Shown piece after piece: positions 1 through 10,361 of a stretch of DNA of 64,000 nucleotides (positions are counted from its first letter, which is position 1; every line of letters starts with the position of its first letter). Below the pieces are notes generated by a model. It ran no database searches, was not told where the DNA came from, and worked only from the letters and a program-made list of their open reading frames with translations. The DNA is taken from NCBI GenBank assembly GCA_963823795.1, contig CAWGMX010000003.1, positions 317,180 through 381,179 on the forward strand, given 5' to 3'. Source of the DNA: Vulcanimicrobiota bacterium. GTDB taxonomy: Bacteria; Vulcanimicrobiota; Vulcanimicrobiia; Vulcanimicrobiales; Vulcanimicrobiaceae. The translations under genes and the position numbers were made by a program.

Positions 1-416
1 GTCGGATCGAGATTGGAGGCTTCCTCGAGGTCGGCCAAAGCCCCGGCGCCGTTGCCGAGCTGCTCTTGCGCGAGGGCGTCGTAGTAGAAGACCTGCGCGG
101 TTTTATCGCCCAGCTGCAGCAGATGCTGGGTGTACTGAACCGCAACGTCGGGGCGGTTCACCTGAAGGTACTCGGCCGCGAGCTGCGCCATCGTAAGCTG
201 ATCGGTCGGATTCGCCTTGAGCTTGGCGGTCAAGCGCGGAATCGCGATGGACGGCGGTTCGGGGCTTGCCGTCGGTAACGCGGAGGGCGACGGAGACGGG
301 CTCGGCGTTCCGGATTTCCCTCCTCCGAAAAGGCCGGCTTGCGCGGAAGGCGTCGTCGTGGCGATGCCGAGCCCGAAGGCCAGCGCGATCAGTGCGATCA
401 GTGAGATTCGTTTCAA
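1..416 (-). CDS. Secreted TPR-like protein, N-terminal part (gene runs off the left edge)
   Basis: Not in the ORF track because it is partial. TTG start at 416 is preceded by AGGA. My minus-strand translation gives (M)KRISLIALIALAFGLGIATTTPSAQA (signal peptide) and a Pro/Ser linker. Helical LTMAQLAAEYLQVNRPDVAVQYTQHLLQLGDKTAQVFYYDALAQEQLGN follows. The plus-strand ORFs listed here look like Arg-rich antisense artefacts. Confidence 0.45.
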   Translation of the reverse strand, partial: MKRISLIALIALAFGLGIATTTPSAQAGLFGGGKSGTPSPSPSPSALPTASPEPPSIAIPRLTAKLKANPTDQLTMAQLAAEYLQVNRPDVAVQYTQHLLQLGDKTAQVFYYDALAQEQLGNGAGALADLEEASNLDP

Positions 417-428
417 GAAAGATTTCCT

Positions 429-1400
429 TTAGCGGTTTTCGACAAGTTTCGTCAGTTCGGGAACGATGCGGAAAGCGTCGCCTACAACCAGCAGGTCGGA
501 GAATTCGCCAATCGGCGACGCCGCGTCCTTATTGATCGCGACGATCGTTCCGGAGGCACGCATTCCGACTTTGTGTTGTATCGCACCGGAAATTCCAACC
601 GCGATGTAGAGGTTCGGCGTTACGGTCTTTCCGGTCTGTCCGATCTGAAGATTATAAGGCACCCAGCCGGCGTCGGCGGCGGCCCGCGAAGCGCCGACGG
701 CGCCCCCCAAAGCCCGTGCGAGTGGCTTCAGCAACGTCTCAAAAGGTTCCGGCCCGCCGAGCCCTCGCCCGCCCGCAACGACGACGGGGGCCTCCTCGAG
801 CGCAAGTTCGCCCGCACCCTCTTCGACGTCGCGCTCGATCGCCGCCGAATAGCTCTTGTCTGCAGGCTTGGCCAGCGGCTCGAGACGCGCGCCTGCGCCC
901 CCGGTCGCGACGGCGAAGGCGTTCGGCCGAACGGTCACAACGCCATAGCCGGCGGGGCGCAAAGCACATTGCGTGATCAGCGCGCCGCCCAACTTCGGCG
1001 AGGTGCACACCACGGAGTCTCCATCGAGCTTCACCTCGACGACGTCGGCGACCATGCCGGCGTCCAACCGAACCATCAGCCGCCCGGCAACGTCGCGACC
1101 GGAGAGCGTATTCGGAATCAGGATCAGCGAAGGGCCGGCGATCCGAGCCGCCGCTTCGAGATAGTCGACGATCGGGTCCAGCAGAAAGGCTTCGACGTCG
1201 GCGTCTTCATTGAGGAATATCGTATCGAGCGGATAGCTCTTCAGTTGATCGGCCAACCGGTCCGACCCCGGTCCCAAGACGACGGCGTGCGCCTTGCCTC
1301 CGAGCGCCGCGGCGATCTTCCCGGCCTCGCTGGCCAGCTCGAAGGTTACCTTGCGGGTCTCGCCGCCCCGGTGTTCCGCGTAAGCGATGACGTTTTTCAC
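429..1400 (-). CDS. etfA: Electron transfer flavoprotein subunit alpha
   Basis: 323 aa. Family-typical N-terminus MKNVIAYAEHRGG and C-terminal FAD-binding region PNLYIAVGISGAIQHKVGM. Sits immediately downstream of etfB. Confidence 0.9.
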   Translation of the reverse strand: MKNVIAYAEHRGGETRKVTFELASEAGKIAAALGGKAHAVVLGPGSDRLADQLKSYPLDTIFLNEDADVEAFLLDPIVDYLEAAARIAGPSLILIPNTLSGRDVAGRLMVRLDAGMVADVVEVKLDGDSVVCTSPKLGGALITQCALRPAGYGVVTVRPNAFAVATGGAGARLEPLAKPADKSYSAAIERDVEEGAGELALEEAPVVVAGGRGLGGPEPFETLLKPLARALGGAVGASRAAADAGWVPYNLQIGQTGKTVTPNLYIAVGISGAIQHKVGMRASGTIVAINKDAASPIGEFSDLLVVGDAFRIVPELTKLVENR

Positions 1401-1402
1401 GC

Positions 1403-2191
1403 TCAGACCAGCCGCTTCTCAGCGAGGAAATCGAAGATCGCCTGCGCGCCGGAAAGCCCGTCATTCGCCTCGATAACTTTACCTTTTCCGCGAACGGGGG
1501 GCGGGGCGAAACTGCGCAGTTCGGTCTTCGAGCCGTTCGCACCGACCGGATGGTCGAGCGAGAGGTCGCCCAACGAAATCGTAGCGATGCTCTTTTTCTT
1601 CGCGCCCATGATGCCTTTGAGCGATGCGTAGCGCGGCTCGCCAAAGGTAAGGGCGGTTGTGAGCAGCGCCGGCAGCGGACCGCGCACCGTCTGATAGCCC
1701 GAATCGGTTTCGCGCTCGACTTCGATCGCATCGCCTTTAATGTCGACCTTGCGCGCGTTAGTAATGCAGGCCAGGCCCAGATGCTCGGCCAGCGCCCCCG
1801 GAACGGCACCCGTACTGCTGTCGTCCGTAAGACCCCCGACTACCAGCAGATCGAACTTCAGCGTCCGCAACGCCGCCGCCATGGCGTAAGCCGTCGCCGA
1901 AACGTCGCTGCCTTCGAGCGCTTCATCGCTGAGCACGACCGCGTCGTCGGCCCCCATTGCCAGCGCCCTGCGCAGGCCCTCCTTCAACGAATCCGGCGCC
2001 ATCGAAAAGATCGTGACGGTCGTGTCGCCGCCGGCGCGTTCTTTGAGTTGCAACGCCGCCTCGAGCGCGTATTCGTCGTAGGGATTGAGCACGGTTTCAA
2101 CGCCGGTGCGGACGAGTCGCTTCGTCTGCGGGTCGATTCGCTTTTCAGCGTTCGGATTCGGGACGAGCTTAATCGTCACCACGATCTTCAC
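1403..2191 (-). CDS. etfB: Electron transfer flavoprotein subunit beta
   Basis: The listed ORF has about 93 implausible N-terminal residues. A GTG at 2191 gives VKIVVTIKLVPNPNAEKRIDP..., typical of EtfB. It is preceded by GGAGG (reverse complement of 2203-2207). Confidence 0.85.
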   Translation of the reverse strand: MKIVVTIKLVPNPNAEKRIDPQTKRLVRTGVETVLNPYDEYALEAALQLKERAGGDTTVTIFSMAPDSLKEGLRRALAMGADDAVVLSDEALEGSDVSATAYAMAAALRTLKFDLLVVGGLTDDSSTGAVPGALAEHLGLACITNARKVDIKGDAIEVERETDSGYQTVRGPLPALLTTALTFGEPRYASLKGIMGAKKKSIATISLGDLSLDHPVGANGSKTELRSFAPPPVRGKGKVIEANDGLSGAQAIFDFLAEKRLV

Positions 2192-2318
2192 GTGGAGAGC
2201 GACCTCCGTTCGATAAGGAAGGAAGAAAGAGCGATAGGCTCTTGGTGGTTCTGCATCGGCGGACCTGCCGGCCGGGCATCCAGGGGGCCCCGATAATCGG
2301 CGATGCGAAGCGGGCGGG

Positions 2319-4211
2319 ATGCTACGACCATGCGTCCCCCTGATTCTCCTAGCGCTGCTCGCGCCGGCCGTCGCCTCGGCCGGCGAGTTTGTCGCGAAGC
2401 CGTCGCTTGCCACCCAGCAAGCCCCCGCGACGCTCGTTCTCGACGCATCCCGCGCCGCCGACGGCATCATGGAGGTCCGCGAACGGATACCGGTTACCGC
2501 CGGAAGCTTTACGGTCGTCTACCCCAAGTGGATCCCCGGCGAGCACGGCCCGACGGGCCCGCTCAACGATCTGGCCGCGCTGCGCGTCTCCGCCGGCGGT
2601 GAGTCGCTGGACTGGCGCCGCGATCCGATCGACCTCTACGCTTTCCACGTCGACGTTCCACCCGGCGCAGGCGCGATCGACGCCGACTTCTACGTGTTGA
2701 TGAACGCGCCGGGCGACGTGATGTCGTCACACTCACTTGCAATCGTGAACTGGAATCGGGCCTTACTCTACCAAGAGGGCATCGACTCGCATCACTACTT
2801 CGTCAAGGCCAGCATCGTGCTGCCTCCGGGCTGGGACTTCGCGACGGCGCTCCGCGGCGCGACGCAGAGCGGCAATCGCGTCGACTTCGCGGTGACGCCG
2901 CTCAACATGCTCGTCGACTCGCCACTGGACATGGGGCGCTACGTGCAGAAGTGGAATTTGTGGCGCGACGGCTCGGCGTTCGTCCAACTCGACGCATTCG
3001 CCGATAATCCACAGGACCTCGATATTCCGGCAAGCTTGTTGCGCGCGTACCAGCGCGTGCCCGATGAGACCTTCGCCTTGTACGGTTCGCGCCACTTCGT
3101 CGACTATCACGCGCTGCTGACGCTCAGCGATGCGGTCGGGTTCGAAGGCATCGAGCACCATCAATCCAGCGACGATCGGGCTTCCGATAGTTTCTTAACC
3201 GACCCGGACGAATCGCTCGCAGGCGGCGATCTCATAACGCACGAGTTTTCGCACTCCTGGAACGGGAAGTACCGCCGGCCGGCAGATCTGACGACGCCGA
3301 ACTTTCAAGTGCCTCAACTGACCGATCTGCTTTGGGTCTACGAGGGCATGAATGAATATCTGGGCGACCTGCTTTCGTTTCGCGCCGGTATTCGAGAGCC
3401 AAAGCAGTACCCCGAACTTCTCGCGACCCTCTATGGCGCGATGGATACCGAGACCGGTCGCGCGACGACGCCCCTCATCGATCTCACCACGGGCGCGCCC
3501 TATTACTTTCTAGCGCGCGGCGATTACGGGGCGATCCGGCGCAACGCCGGAGACTTTTACACCGAGGGCGAGCTGCTTTGGCTGGACGTCGACACGATCA
3601 TTCGCGAGCGCTCGCACGGCGCGCGCTCGCTGGATACTTTTTTGCAGGTGTACGCGAAGCCGGCGCTAACCGGGCCGATCGTAAAAACCTATACGCGCGC
3701 GGAGATCGAGGCCTTGCTCGAAGAAGTCGAGCCGTACGACTGGCATGCTTTCTTTGAAAAGTACGTCTATCGCACGAGCGTTCACCCACCTTCCGACGAG
3801 CTCGCGCGCGCCGGATGGAAGTTCGCTTACAGCGAAAAACCCAACATCTTCATCACCGCAGCCGAGGCCGACAGCCACGGAATCCCGGGATGGTATTCCT
3901 ACGGTGCCAGCCTAAGCGCCAAGGGTATGGTGCGCGATGTACGGGAAGGCTCTGCGGCCTGGCGTGCCGGGCTTGCGCCCGGAATGCAAATTCTCGCGGT
4001 CAACAACCAAGCGTTTTCGGGTGCGGTCTTGGCATACGCGCTCGAGAAGGCGCAGCACTCCGGCGCGCCGATTTCGCTGATTACCTCTCAAACCGGGTGG
4101 TTCCAGACGCTGTCGCTCGACTACCACGACGGCATGCGTTACCCGCATCTCGAGCGGATCGAGGGTACGCCGGACATGCTGGCCGCGATTATGGCGCCAC
4201 ACGCCAAGTAG
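2319..4211 (+). CDS. Secreted M61-family (glycyl-aminopeptidase-like) metallopeptidase with C-terminal PDZ-like domain
   Basis: 630 aa. Signal peptide MLRPCVPLILLALLAPAVASA. Zinc motif HEFSHSWNGKYRRP. PDZ-like C-terminal segment GSAAWRAGLAPGMQILAVNNQAF. Confidence 0.8.
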   Translation: MLRPCVPLILLALLAPAVASAGEFVAKPSLATQQAPATLVLDASRAADGIMEVRERIPVTAGSFTVVYPKWIPGEHGPTGPLNDLAALRVSAGGESLDWRRDPIDLYAFHVDVPPGAGAIDADFYVLMNAPGDVMSSHSLAIVNWNRALLYQEGIDSHHYFVKASIVLPPGWDFATALRGATQSGNRVDFAVTPLNMLVDSPLDMGRYVQKWNLWRDGSAFVQLDAFADNPQDLDIPASLLRAYQRVPDETFALYGSRHFVDYHALLTLSDAVGFEGIEHHQSSDDRASDSFLTDPDESLAGGDLITHEFSHSWNGKYRRPADLTTPNFQVPQLTDLLWVYEGMNEYLGDLLSFRAGIREPKQYPELLATLYGAMDTETGRATTPLIDLTTGAPYYFLARGDYGAIRRNAGDFYTEGELLWLDVDTIIRERSHGARSLDTFLQVYAKPALTGPIVKTYTRAEIEALLEEVEPYDWHAFFEKYVYRTSVHPPSDELARAGWKFAYSEKPNIFITAAEADSHGIPGWYSYGASLSAKGMVRDVREGSAAWRAGLAPGMQILAVNNQAFSGAVLAYALEKAQHSGAPISLITSQTGWFQTLSLDYHDGMRYPHLERIEGTPDMLAAIMAPHAK

Positions 4212-4254
4212 ATAGAGAACCGGTTGCCGAAAAGCCAAACAGGAGGTAACTAGC

Positions 4255-4692
4255 ATGCTTTTCAGATCTCTGCTGACCGCCGCGGCGTTTGCCGCCCTCT
4301 GCGCGACGGCGACGGCCGCCGGCACCCCGGTCGTCGTTAACTCGCAGACAACGAACTGGCAAGCGGGCCCCTTGAAGGGGACGCAGATGGCGCCGATCGT
4401 CGGCGAGCCGAGTGGGGCCGGCGGATACTATGCTTACTTTTTGAAAGTACCCGCAGGTACGCGCATTCCCGCGCACTTTCACGCCATGCGTGAGACCGTT
4501 ACGGTAATCAGCGGCGACATGATGTTCGGGATCGGTGATGCGATGAACGAAGCCAAAATGATGACGCTTGGTCCAGGCAACGTCGTCTCGGTTCCAGCCA
4601 GTCTTCACCACTACGCGATGGCCAAAACGGATGCAATTATCGAGATAAGCGGCATCGGTCCGGACACGACCACCTTCGTACACAAAATGTAA
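4255..4692 (+). CDS. Secreted cupin-domain protein
   Basis: 145 aa with a signal peptide. Cupin-like His pattern (GTRIPAHFHAMRE ... SLHHYA). AGGAGG-like RBS (caggaggtaactagcATG). Confidence 0.6.
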   Translation: MLFRSLLTAAAFAALCATATAAGTPVVVNSQTTNWQAGPLKGTQMAPIVGEPSGAGGYYAYFLKVPAGTRIPAHFHAMRETVTVISGDMMFGIGDAMNEAKMMTLGPGNVVSVPASLHHYAMAKTDAIIEISGIGPDTTTFVHKM

Positions 4693-4700
4693 GAAGTGGC

Positions 4701-5741
4701 GTGCGCGGTTATTTAGCGCTCGTTGCCATACTCGCAGTTGCCGGCTGTGCGGCGGCGCAGCCGCCCGCCGTACAGCCGGAATCCTTCGGCTCCGTGAAAG
4801 CGTCCGGTCTTCAAATTCATTCGACCATCGGCTTCAGCGTCGATACGCCGAAGCGAGCCGCGAAGGCCGCGAGCGAAGGCATCAGGACGACGATTCTTTA
4901 CAATGGATCGCCGGCACCCAAGAGCGCGCTGGAAGCGGCGCTGCGGGCCCACTCGATCGCCGTCGTCGACGCCGGCATTTCCGGAATCCTGTTTTATTGG
5001 GAGTGCCATCGAACCCATACGGTCAAGCCGCCTCCGAGGAGCTATTCGCAAAACTACTATTGCCGCACCGACGAAGACCCCCACATCAAGAATGAAGCGG
5101 TCGTCTTACGCGACGTTACGGCGCTGTTGGAGCGCGACGCCGATCGCAAGTACGTCGTTGCGTATTGGGTCCTCGACGACTGGCCCGGTTGGGATCCGGG
5201 AAGCGCGCGCGCACTGCTCGCAAAGATTCACGCGCTGATCGTGGCCAAGACACCCGGCAGGCCCGCAATCTGCGGATTCGGTGCGGGAGTCGCCAAACCG
5301 GGAAAGGTCAACTGGGATCCGGGCACCGCGGCCAACTATTCCAACGGCGGTTGCGACATCGTCGGATGGTATAACTACTCGCCGTTCGGGCGGCGCCATC
5401 CATCGTTGGGCAAGAAGTTGGACTGGACGATGAAAGACCTACTGCCGGCCATGGCGCGCAGCCTCGAAAAGAAGGGCTGGGACATCGCCAAAACGCCGCT
5501 GTACGGAATTGGCCAAGCCTGGTCCGGACCGTACGACAAGCGTCATTATCAGCCGGGACTCACTCGCGAAGAAATGCTCGAACAAGCCAAAGCCTTCTGC
5601 GGCTTCGGCGCCAGCTACATCGGCTGGTACGCGTGGGACGACAGCCAAGACGAAGCAGGGACGCAAACGCCCGACAACTCGCCGGTGATCGCCGCCGGCA
5701 TCGCGGCGGCCATCAAAGCCTGCGGAGAGGTGTGGAACTAA
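4701..5741 (+). CDS. Lipoprotein of unknown function
   Basis: 346 aa with lipobox LAVAGC and protein-like composition. I recognise no family. Confidence 0.5.
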   Translation: MRGYLALVAILAVAGCAAAQPPAVQPESFGSVKASGLQIHSTIGFSVDTPKRAAKAASEGIRTTILYNGSPAPKSALEAALRAHSIAVVDAGISGILFYWECHRTHTVKPPPRSYSQNYYCRTDEDPHIKNEAVVLRDVTALLERDADRKYVVAYWVLDDWPGWDPGSARALLAKIHALIVAKTPGRPAICGFGAGVAKPGKVNWDPGTAANYSNGGCDIVGWYNYSPFGRRHPSLGKKLDWTMKDLLPAMARSLEKKGWDIAKTPLYGIGQAWSGPYDKRHYQPGLTREEMLEQAKAFCGFGASYIGWYAWDDSQDEAGTQTPDNSPVIAAGIAAAIKACGEVWN

Positions 5742-5742
5742 C

Positions 5743-6138
5743 CTAAGCTGAGCGCTTGCGGGCCTCCTTGCGTGGTGCCGCCTTCTTTGCGCTTCCAGCG
5801 GCCTTACGCTTACGCGTGGCCACGGCCTTACGCGCCGACTTCTTGCGATCGGCAGCCGTCCTCCCGGTGCTCGGCCGCGTTCCCAGATCTTCCGGCGCCG
5901 ACTCGGTCATGTCGACCTTATAATGCTTGGCCGCCTTTTGTATGTTTGCAAACGCCAGCTCGCGTTCGGCGGCCGTGACCCCCGTAACCTGATCGAAGCG
6001 CGCGATGGCATTTCGAACGTGAGACGCATCGGTCATTGGCTCTTTGCGCTTTGTCGGATATGCAAACACGCTATCGGGAAGGTCGGATCGCTTCGTGAGG
6101 TCGCCGTGTTTGGTGTGCGGTTTCCAAGTCGCTCGCAT
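5743..6138 (-). CDS. Small protein with a Lys/Arg/Ala-rich basic C-terminal tail
   Basis: Start moved to the ATG at 6138 (MRATWKPH...), which lies 7 nt after GGAGG. The C-terminus KKSARKAVATRKRKAAGSAKKAAPRKEARKRSA is histone-tail-like. Confidence 0.5.
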   Translation of the reverse strand: MRATWKPHTKHGDLTKRSDLPDSVFAYPTKRKEPMTDASHVRNAIARFDQVTGVTAAERELAFANIQKAAKHYKVDMTESAPEDLGTRPSTGRTAADRKKSARKAVATRKRKAAGSAKKAAPRKEARKRSA

Positions 6139-6226
6139 GTACATGCCTCCAGCAGGTCTTGTCGTCATCTTTTACCCAGCCGCTAAACTTGCGCGGGCAG
6201 GCAAGCATTCTCGATTTTTGCCGCCG

Positions 6227-6275
6227 TTGACAAAATGAGCGGAAAGGCGCAGGCTGCAACTGAGGAGCCGCTCAC
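6227..6275 (+). promoter_or_regulatory. Conserved promoter/5' leader of NHL paralogue 1
   Basis: CGCCGTTGACAAAA...AAGGCGCA...AGGAGCCGCT-ATG is conserved with 12998-13046. TTGACA at 6227-6232, a weak -10 (CAGGCT) 17 nt downstream, and an AGGAG RBS. Confidence 0.35.
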
Positions 6276-7862
6276 ATGCGAGTTTTTTTTTCGGTGCGTT
6301 ACGCATCACCGGTAGGCATGGCTCTGGCGGTCCTCGCCGGTTGTAGCACCGGGGTCCCGCCGGCCACCGCGCCGCCATCGGGCGTGGGGCCCGGCCCATT
6401 CGCCGTTATGCGCGGTCTGCCCGCACCGCCGGGAACCTCGTCGCAGCGGCATTCGCGCGTTCGGCCCGACCTAACGGCCTGCACCACCGTGACGGCGCGC
6501 ACCGGCACCATGTATACGGTCGCGAACGTGGGTGGTACGGTGCTCGACGTCGAGTGGTCGGCTTATGCCGGCTGCACCATCGGCGTCTACTTCCCTCCTT
6601 CGACCCAAAACCAGGGCCTCGCCAACAATGCGATGATCAACGGGCCATTTGGAATCGGCGTCTACGTGGACACGGTCACCGGGCACTTCTCGCAAGGCGC
6701 ACTCTCGATTTGCGTCAACGGCAGCACGACCGCCGGAACGTGCAAGACGGGGAGCCTGACCAGCAGCGGCACCGGCGAGCTCTTTTGGAACACGCCGGTC
6801 ATTAATGGCGATCACACGGCGATCAGCGGCTATGTCGCGGGCTTCGCGACCAATCCTTGTCCGAACCCGAACAACAACATCACGCTCGATCACACGGTTA
6901 TTACCGGCGCGACCTATCCCTGGTCGTATTTGGGCGGCAACAACAACCTCAACTTCGGCGCCGGGCATAACTCTCCGAACAACCCCATCCCTAACTGCCA
7001 GGGCAGCGGGGTTGGCGCGGGCGGCAGTAACATCTACGTGGCCGACTACAACAACAACGCCGCAAAGCAAATGGTCGCGGCGACCAGCTACAGCACGATC
7101 AACATACTCGGCTCGGGATTCACCGAGCCGTTCGGCATCGCACTCGACGCGTCGAACGACGTCTTCATCGCCGATTACGGCAACTCCGCAGTCAAAGAGA
7201 TCCTGGCAAGCAGCGGTTACTCTACCGTCAACACGCTCGGCTCGGGCTTCCGCAACCCGTTGGGCGTCGCGGTCGATACCGCCGGCAACGTTTTTGTGGC
7301 CGACACCTTCAACTCCGCGATCAAGGAACTCGTAGCTCCGGGCTATACGACGATCAAAACGATCGGTTCGGGCTTCAGCTACCCGTTCGGCGTCGCGGTC
7401 GACTCCGTCAACAATCTCTACGTTGCCGACACCTATCACAACGCGATCAAAGAGATTTTGGGTCCCGGTTACACGACCATCAATACCCTCGTCTCGTACC
7501 CAACAGTAAGCGTTCCGTATAGTCTGGCGGTCGACGGGTCGGGCAATCTCTACGTGGCCGACGTCGGCTACGACCGAATCGATCAGATCCTTGCAGCCGG
7601 CGGCTACACCTCGGTCAAAACGCTTGGCTCGGGATTCAACTATCCGTACGACGTTGCCCTCGATACATCGAACAACGTCTACGTCGCCGACACTTTGAAC
7701 AACGCGATAAAGGAGATAATGGCGCCGGCCTACACCACGATCGCTACGCTCGGCTCGGGATTTAACGGGCCGACAGGCGTTGCGATCCTCAACCCGCTGG
7801 CGATACGTCTCAAGCGTACGACGGGCCACAAGCCGCGTAAGTTAGCGGGCGCGATTCGCTAG
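6276..7862 (+). CDS. NHL-repeat lipoprotein, paralogue 1
   Basis: 528 aa with lipobox LAGC. There are 7 or more repeats of about 42 aa: LGSGFxxPxGVAxDxxxNVYVADxxNxAIKEI. About 75-80% identical by eye to the protein at 13047-14618. Confidence 0.8.
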   Translation: MRVFFSVRYASPVGMALAVLAGCSTGVPPATAPPSGVGPGPFAVMRGLPAPPGTSSQRHSRVRPDLTACTTVTARTGTMYTVANVGGTVLDVEWSAYAGCTIGVYFPPSTQNQGLANNAMINGPFGIGVYVDTVTGHFSQGALSICVNGSTTAGTCKTGSLTSSGTGELFWNTPVINGDHTAISGYVAGFATNPCPNPNNNITLDHTVITGATYPWSYLGGNNNLNFGAGHNSPNNPIPNCQGSGVGAGGSNIYVADYNNNAAKQMVAATSYSTINILGSGFTEPFGIALDASNDVFIADYGNSAVKEILASSGYSTVNTLGSGFRNPLGVAVDTAGNVFVADTFNSAIKELVAPGYTTIKTIGSGFSYPFGVAVDSVNNLYVADTYHNAIKEILGPGYTTINTLVSYPTVSVPYSLAVDGSGNLYVADVGYDRIDQILAAGGYTSVKTLGSGFNYPYDVALDTSNNVYVADTLNNAIKEIMAPAYTTIATLGSGFNGPTGVAILNPLAIRLKRTTGHKPRKLAGAIR

Positions 7863-10361
7863 AGCCGGGGCGGGGGAGCGTCCTCTAAGGACGACTCTTC
7901 GTCGGATGGAACCGTCGAAGCGGACGGCTTGAAACTGCAAACGGCTGTGCCAAGATCCGGAACGTCGCTCGTATTCTGCGGGATCGTTACGCTGAAACCG
8001 CACGTGGCCGCGCGGGCACGCGCGGTGAAGGTCGTGGCGCCGCCTTTGAGGCCGCCCACATAGACCACACCATCGTTGCCGACCGGCCACTCGTGCCCCG
8101 AGGGATCGAGCACGGTCGTTCCCGGCATCAGCGGTTTGCCGTCGGAGCCCACGAGATGGAGCACGAAGCCCCCGCTCGACTGCGTGGTGAAGTGCACGAG
8201 AACCGGCAGCCGGTAACGCGGTCGCGTGGACTGACTCGCTTGGTCCACGTTCGCGGCGAGCGGCAACGCGTTGGGATCGATCGAGACGCGGCTTTCGGAA
8301 TAGGCATCGAGTAGCGGCAGCGCCGCGTAGCCGGCCTTATCGGTCGCGCCAACCGGCTGATTCACGGCGAAGACCGGCACGTCGGGATATCCGTCGACGA
8401 GAACGGCGCCGTACGCGCTTTGAATCGGCTGCGTCATAAATTCGTGACCGTTCACGTTGATGAGCGCGCCCGCAACGTCGGCCGCGGCGGCGGTGCCCCC
8501 GGTGCCCGTCGAGAACGCGGCGGCAAGGATCCCGTGCGAACCGAACTGCTGGGCCGATGCGGTCGCGTAACCCTGCTGCCCCGTCGCAAATTTCGGCCTC
8601 GTAATTGACGGCGCCCAGCGTCGGCGTGGAGTGTGTAATGCTCGCCCCCGGGCCCGTCGCGCCATCGACCGATTGGACGAACGCCGACGCGCGCGTTCCC
8701 GGACCGATCAGCCAGAAGAGCGCGGCGTTCACCGTGCTCGTGACCGTCGTGCCGGAAACGTGCGAGGCCAGCACTTGGATGTAGTTGACCGGCCCGAGCG
8801 TCTGATTAAACGTGACCGTCGAGACGCGCGAATAGATCGGCGTCGTGTTGGCGTTTGGCGGAATCGGATAGAACGCGCCATTATAATAGCCATAGTTGTA
8901 ATACGCGTAGCCTTCACCGTATGAGAGCCCTAACGCCGTCTTTGCGAACTGCACGTTGGCGTGGGCCAATAGCTCGCGCTGGAACCCGTTTGTCAAGTCG
9001 CCGGCCAGAATAAAGTTCGTCGACGCGAACTTTCCCTCAAAGCCTATCCCGAAGTGCGGCGAGCTGTAGTCGTAGTTCGCGACCAGCTCGCCGCCGCCGC
9101 CTTGCGCCGAGGTGCCCACGGCCGCGCCGAGGCCGAGCACGCCGATTCGCCCGATGATCGAGTTTGCGCCGGCGCCCAGCGCGGCGTCGTGGGCCGCATA
9201 CTGCGCGAAGGCATCACCGGTAAATGTATCGGAGAAGCCGTAACGCTGCGTCGCGGTCGCCGCAAACTCGCCGTAATACGCGCCGGACAGCCCGTAGTTG
9301 TAGTTGACGAATCCGGCGTCGTACGAAAAATCGCTCAACCCCTTGGCGAGCAAGTCATTCGAAGTGTAATAGGAACCGGTGACTAGCTGCTGCTGGCCCT
9401 GCACGTTGCGCAAGACCATCTGGACCTGGCCCAGACCGTTGACGTTGGGGAGGTTCGTGACGCGAAACGGCCCTTGGTCGATCTGCTGGTTGTAGGCGAG
9501 CACGTTGTTGACGTAAACCTGAAGCAACGAGGGAACCGCGGCAGTGCCGGCTATGGCGGGCAGTGGCACCGTCGAGAGCCACGGCTCGATCGTGAAGTCG
9601 CGGCCGTAGCCGATTCCGATAAAATGAGTCTGGTCGGCAAAGATGCTCTCCCCAGTGACCGAGTCGCCGACCGTGAGCGTCGTATTATTATGGACGTCGT
9701 CGTACCGCCACTGCGTGCTGAGCCGATCCACTTGGAAGTCTTGGGAGTTCGACGACGCGCCGGACGGCACGCCGAAAATGCCGTACTGGCCGATCTGTCC
9801 GGCGAGCGCCGAGGCGCCGATGACACCTTGGCCGAGCTGCGTGCCGGCGTCGAGCAGCAAGTTGGAGGTGCTGCCGAGGCCCGTTTCAACGTGCGCATCG
9901 TAGTTGAGATAATATCCCGGAACAAACGTGGCTATCGGAGTCGGTCCCGTGCCGAGCGCGTTGAGTGAGGTCGTCTCAAAGAGTGCTGCCGGCAGGTTGA
10001 GGTCGAGCTGCTGGGCCGCAACCTCGACGGTGACTTTAGCACCCGGGAGGTCTTCGAGCGGATAGTACGGTTTGCCGTCGACGATCAGCGGCGCGACGTT
10101 GGGGAGTTTGACGCCCCACTTTTGCAGATCGATCGCGCTCAAGGCGAATCGGCCGCCCGAAGCTTGGAGGACGATCGTGCCGTCGGCGACGGGTTGCCCG
10201 TCCAGGTCGATCGCGTAGACCGCCTGCCGGTACGCGCCGTAGGTGCCGTCGGCGTCGTCGTCGGCGGCGCCGGTGGAGCCGGTGGAGCCGGTGGCGCCAG
10301 CGAGACTCGGTGAGCATAGCGCGAGCGCGGTCAGCAGTGCCGCGGCTGCGCGAATCTTCAC
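7859..10361 (-). pseudogene. Fimbrial outer-membrane usher (CsuD/FimD-like) interrupted by one frameshift
   Basis: ORF 8337-10361 is usher-like from signal peptide MKIRAAAALLTALALCSPSLAGA up to ...TPTLGAVNYEAE, then becomes Arg-rich nonsense. ORF 7859-8665 reads usher-like from FATGQQGYATASAQQFG... to the C-terminal domain. The junction is near 8585-8610. GTG start overlaps the chaperone stop (GTGA). Confidence 0.7.

Noticed and set aside
5743-6138. Calling the 131-aa protein a histone-like/nucleoid protein because of its KKAAPRK-type tail.
   Set aside because: Only compositional similarity supports it. The N-terminal domain is not one I can place, so it is left as hypothetical.
6471-7829. 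Very long antisense ORFs opposite real genes. Examples are 452 aa opposite NHL paralogue 1, 573-1631 opposite etfA, 50653-51879 opposite dinG and 59052-60059 opposite tdh.
   Set aside because: They are Arg/Ala/Gly/Pro-rich with no motifs. This is typical stop-codon-poor antisense frames in high-GC DNA, and the opposite strand carries clearly recognisable proteins.
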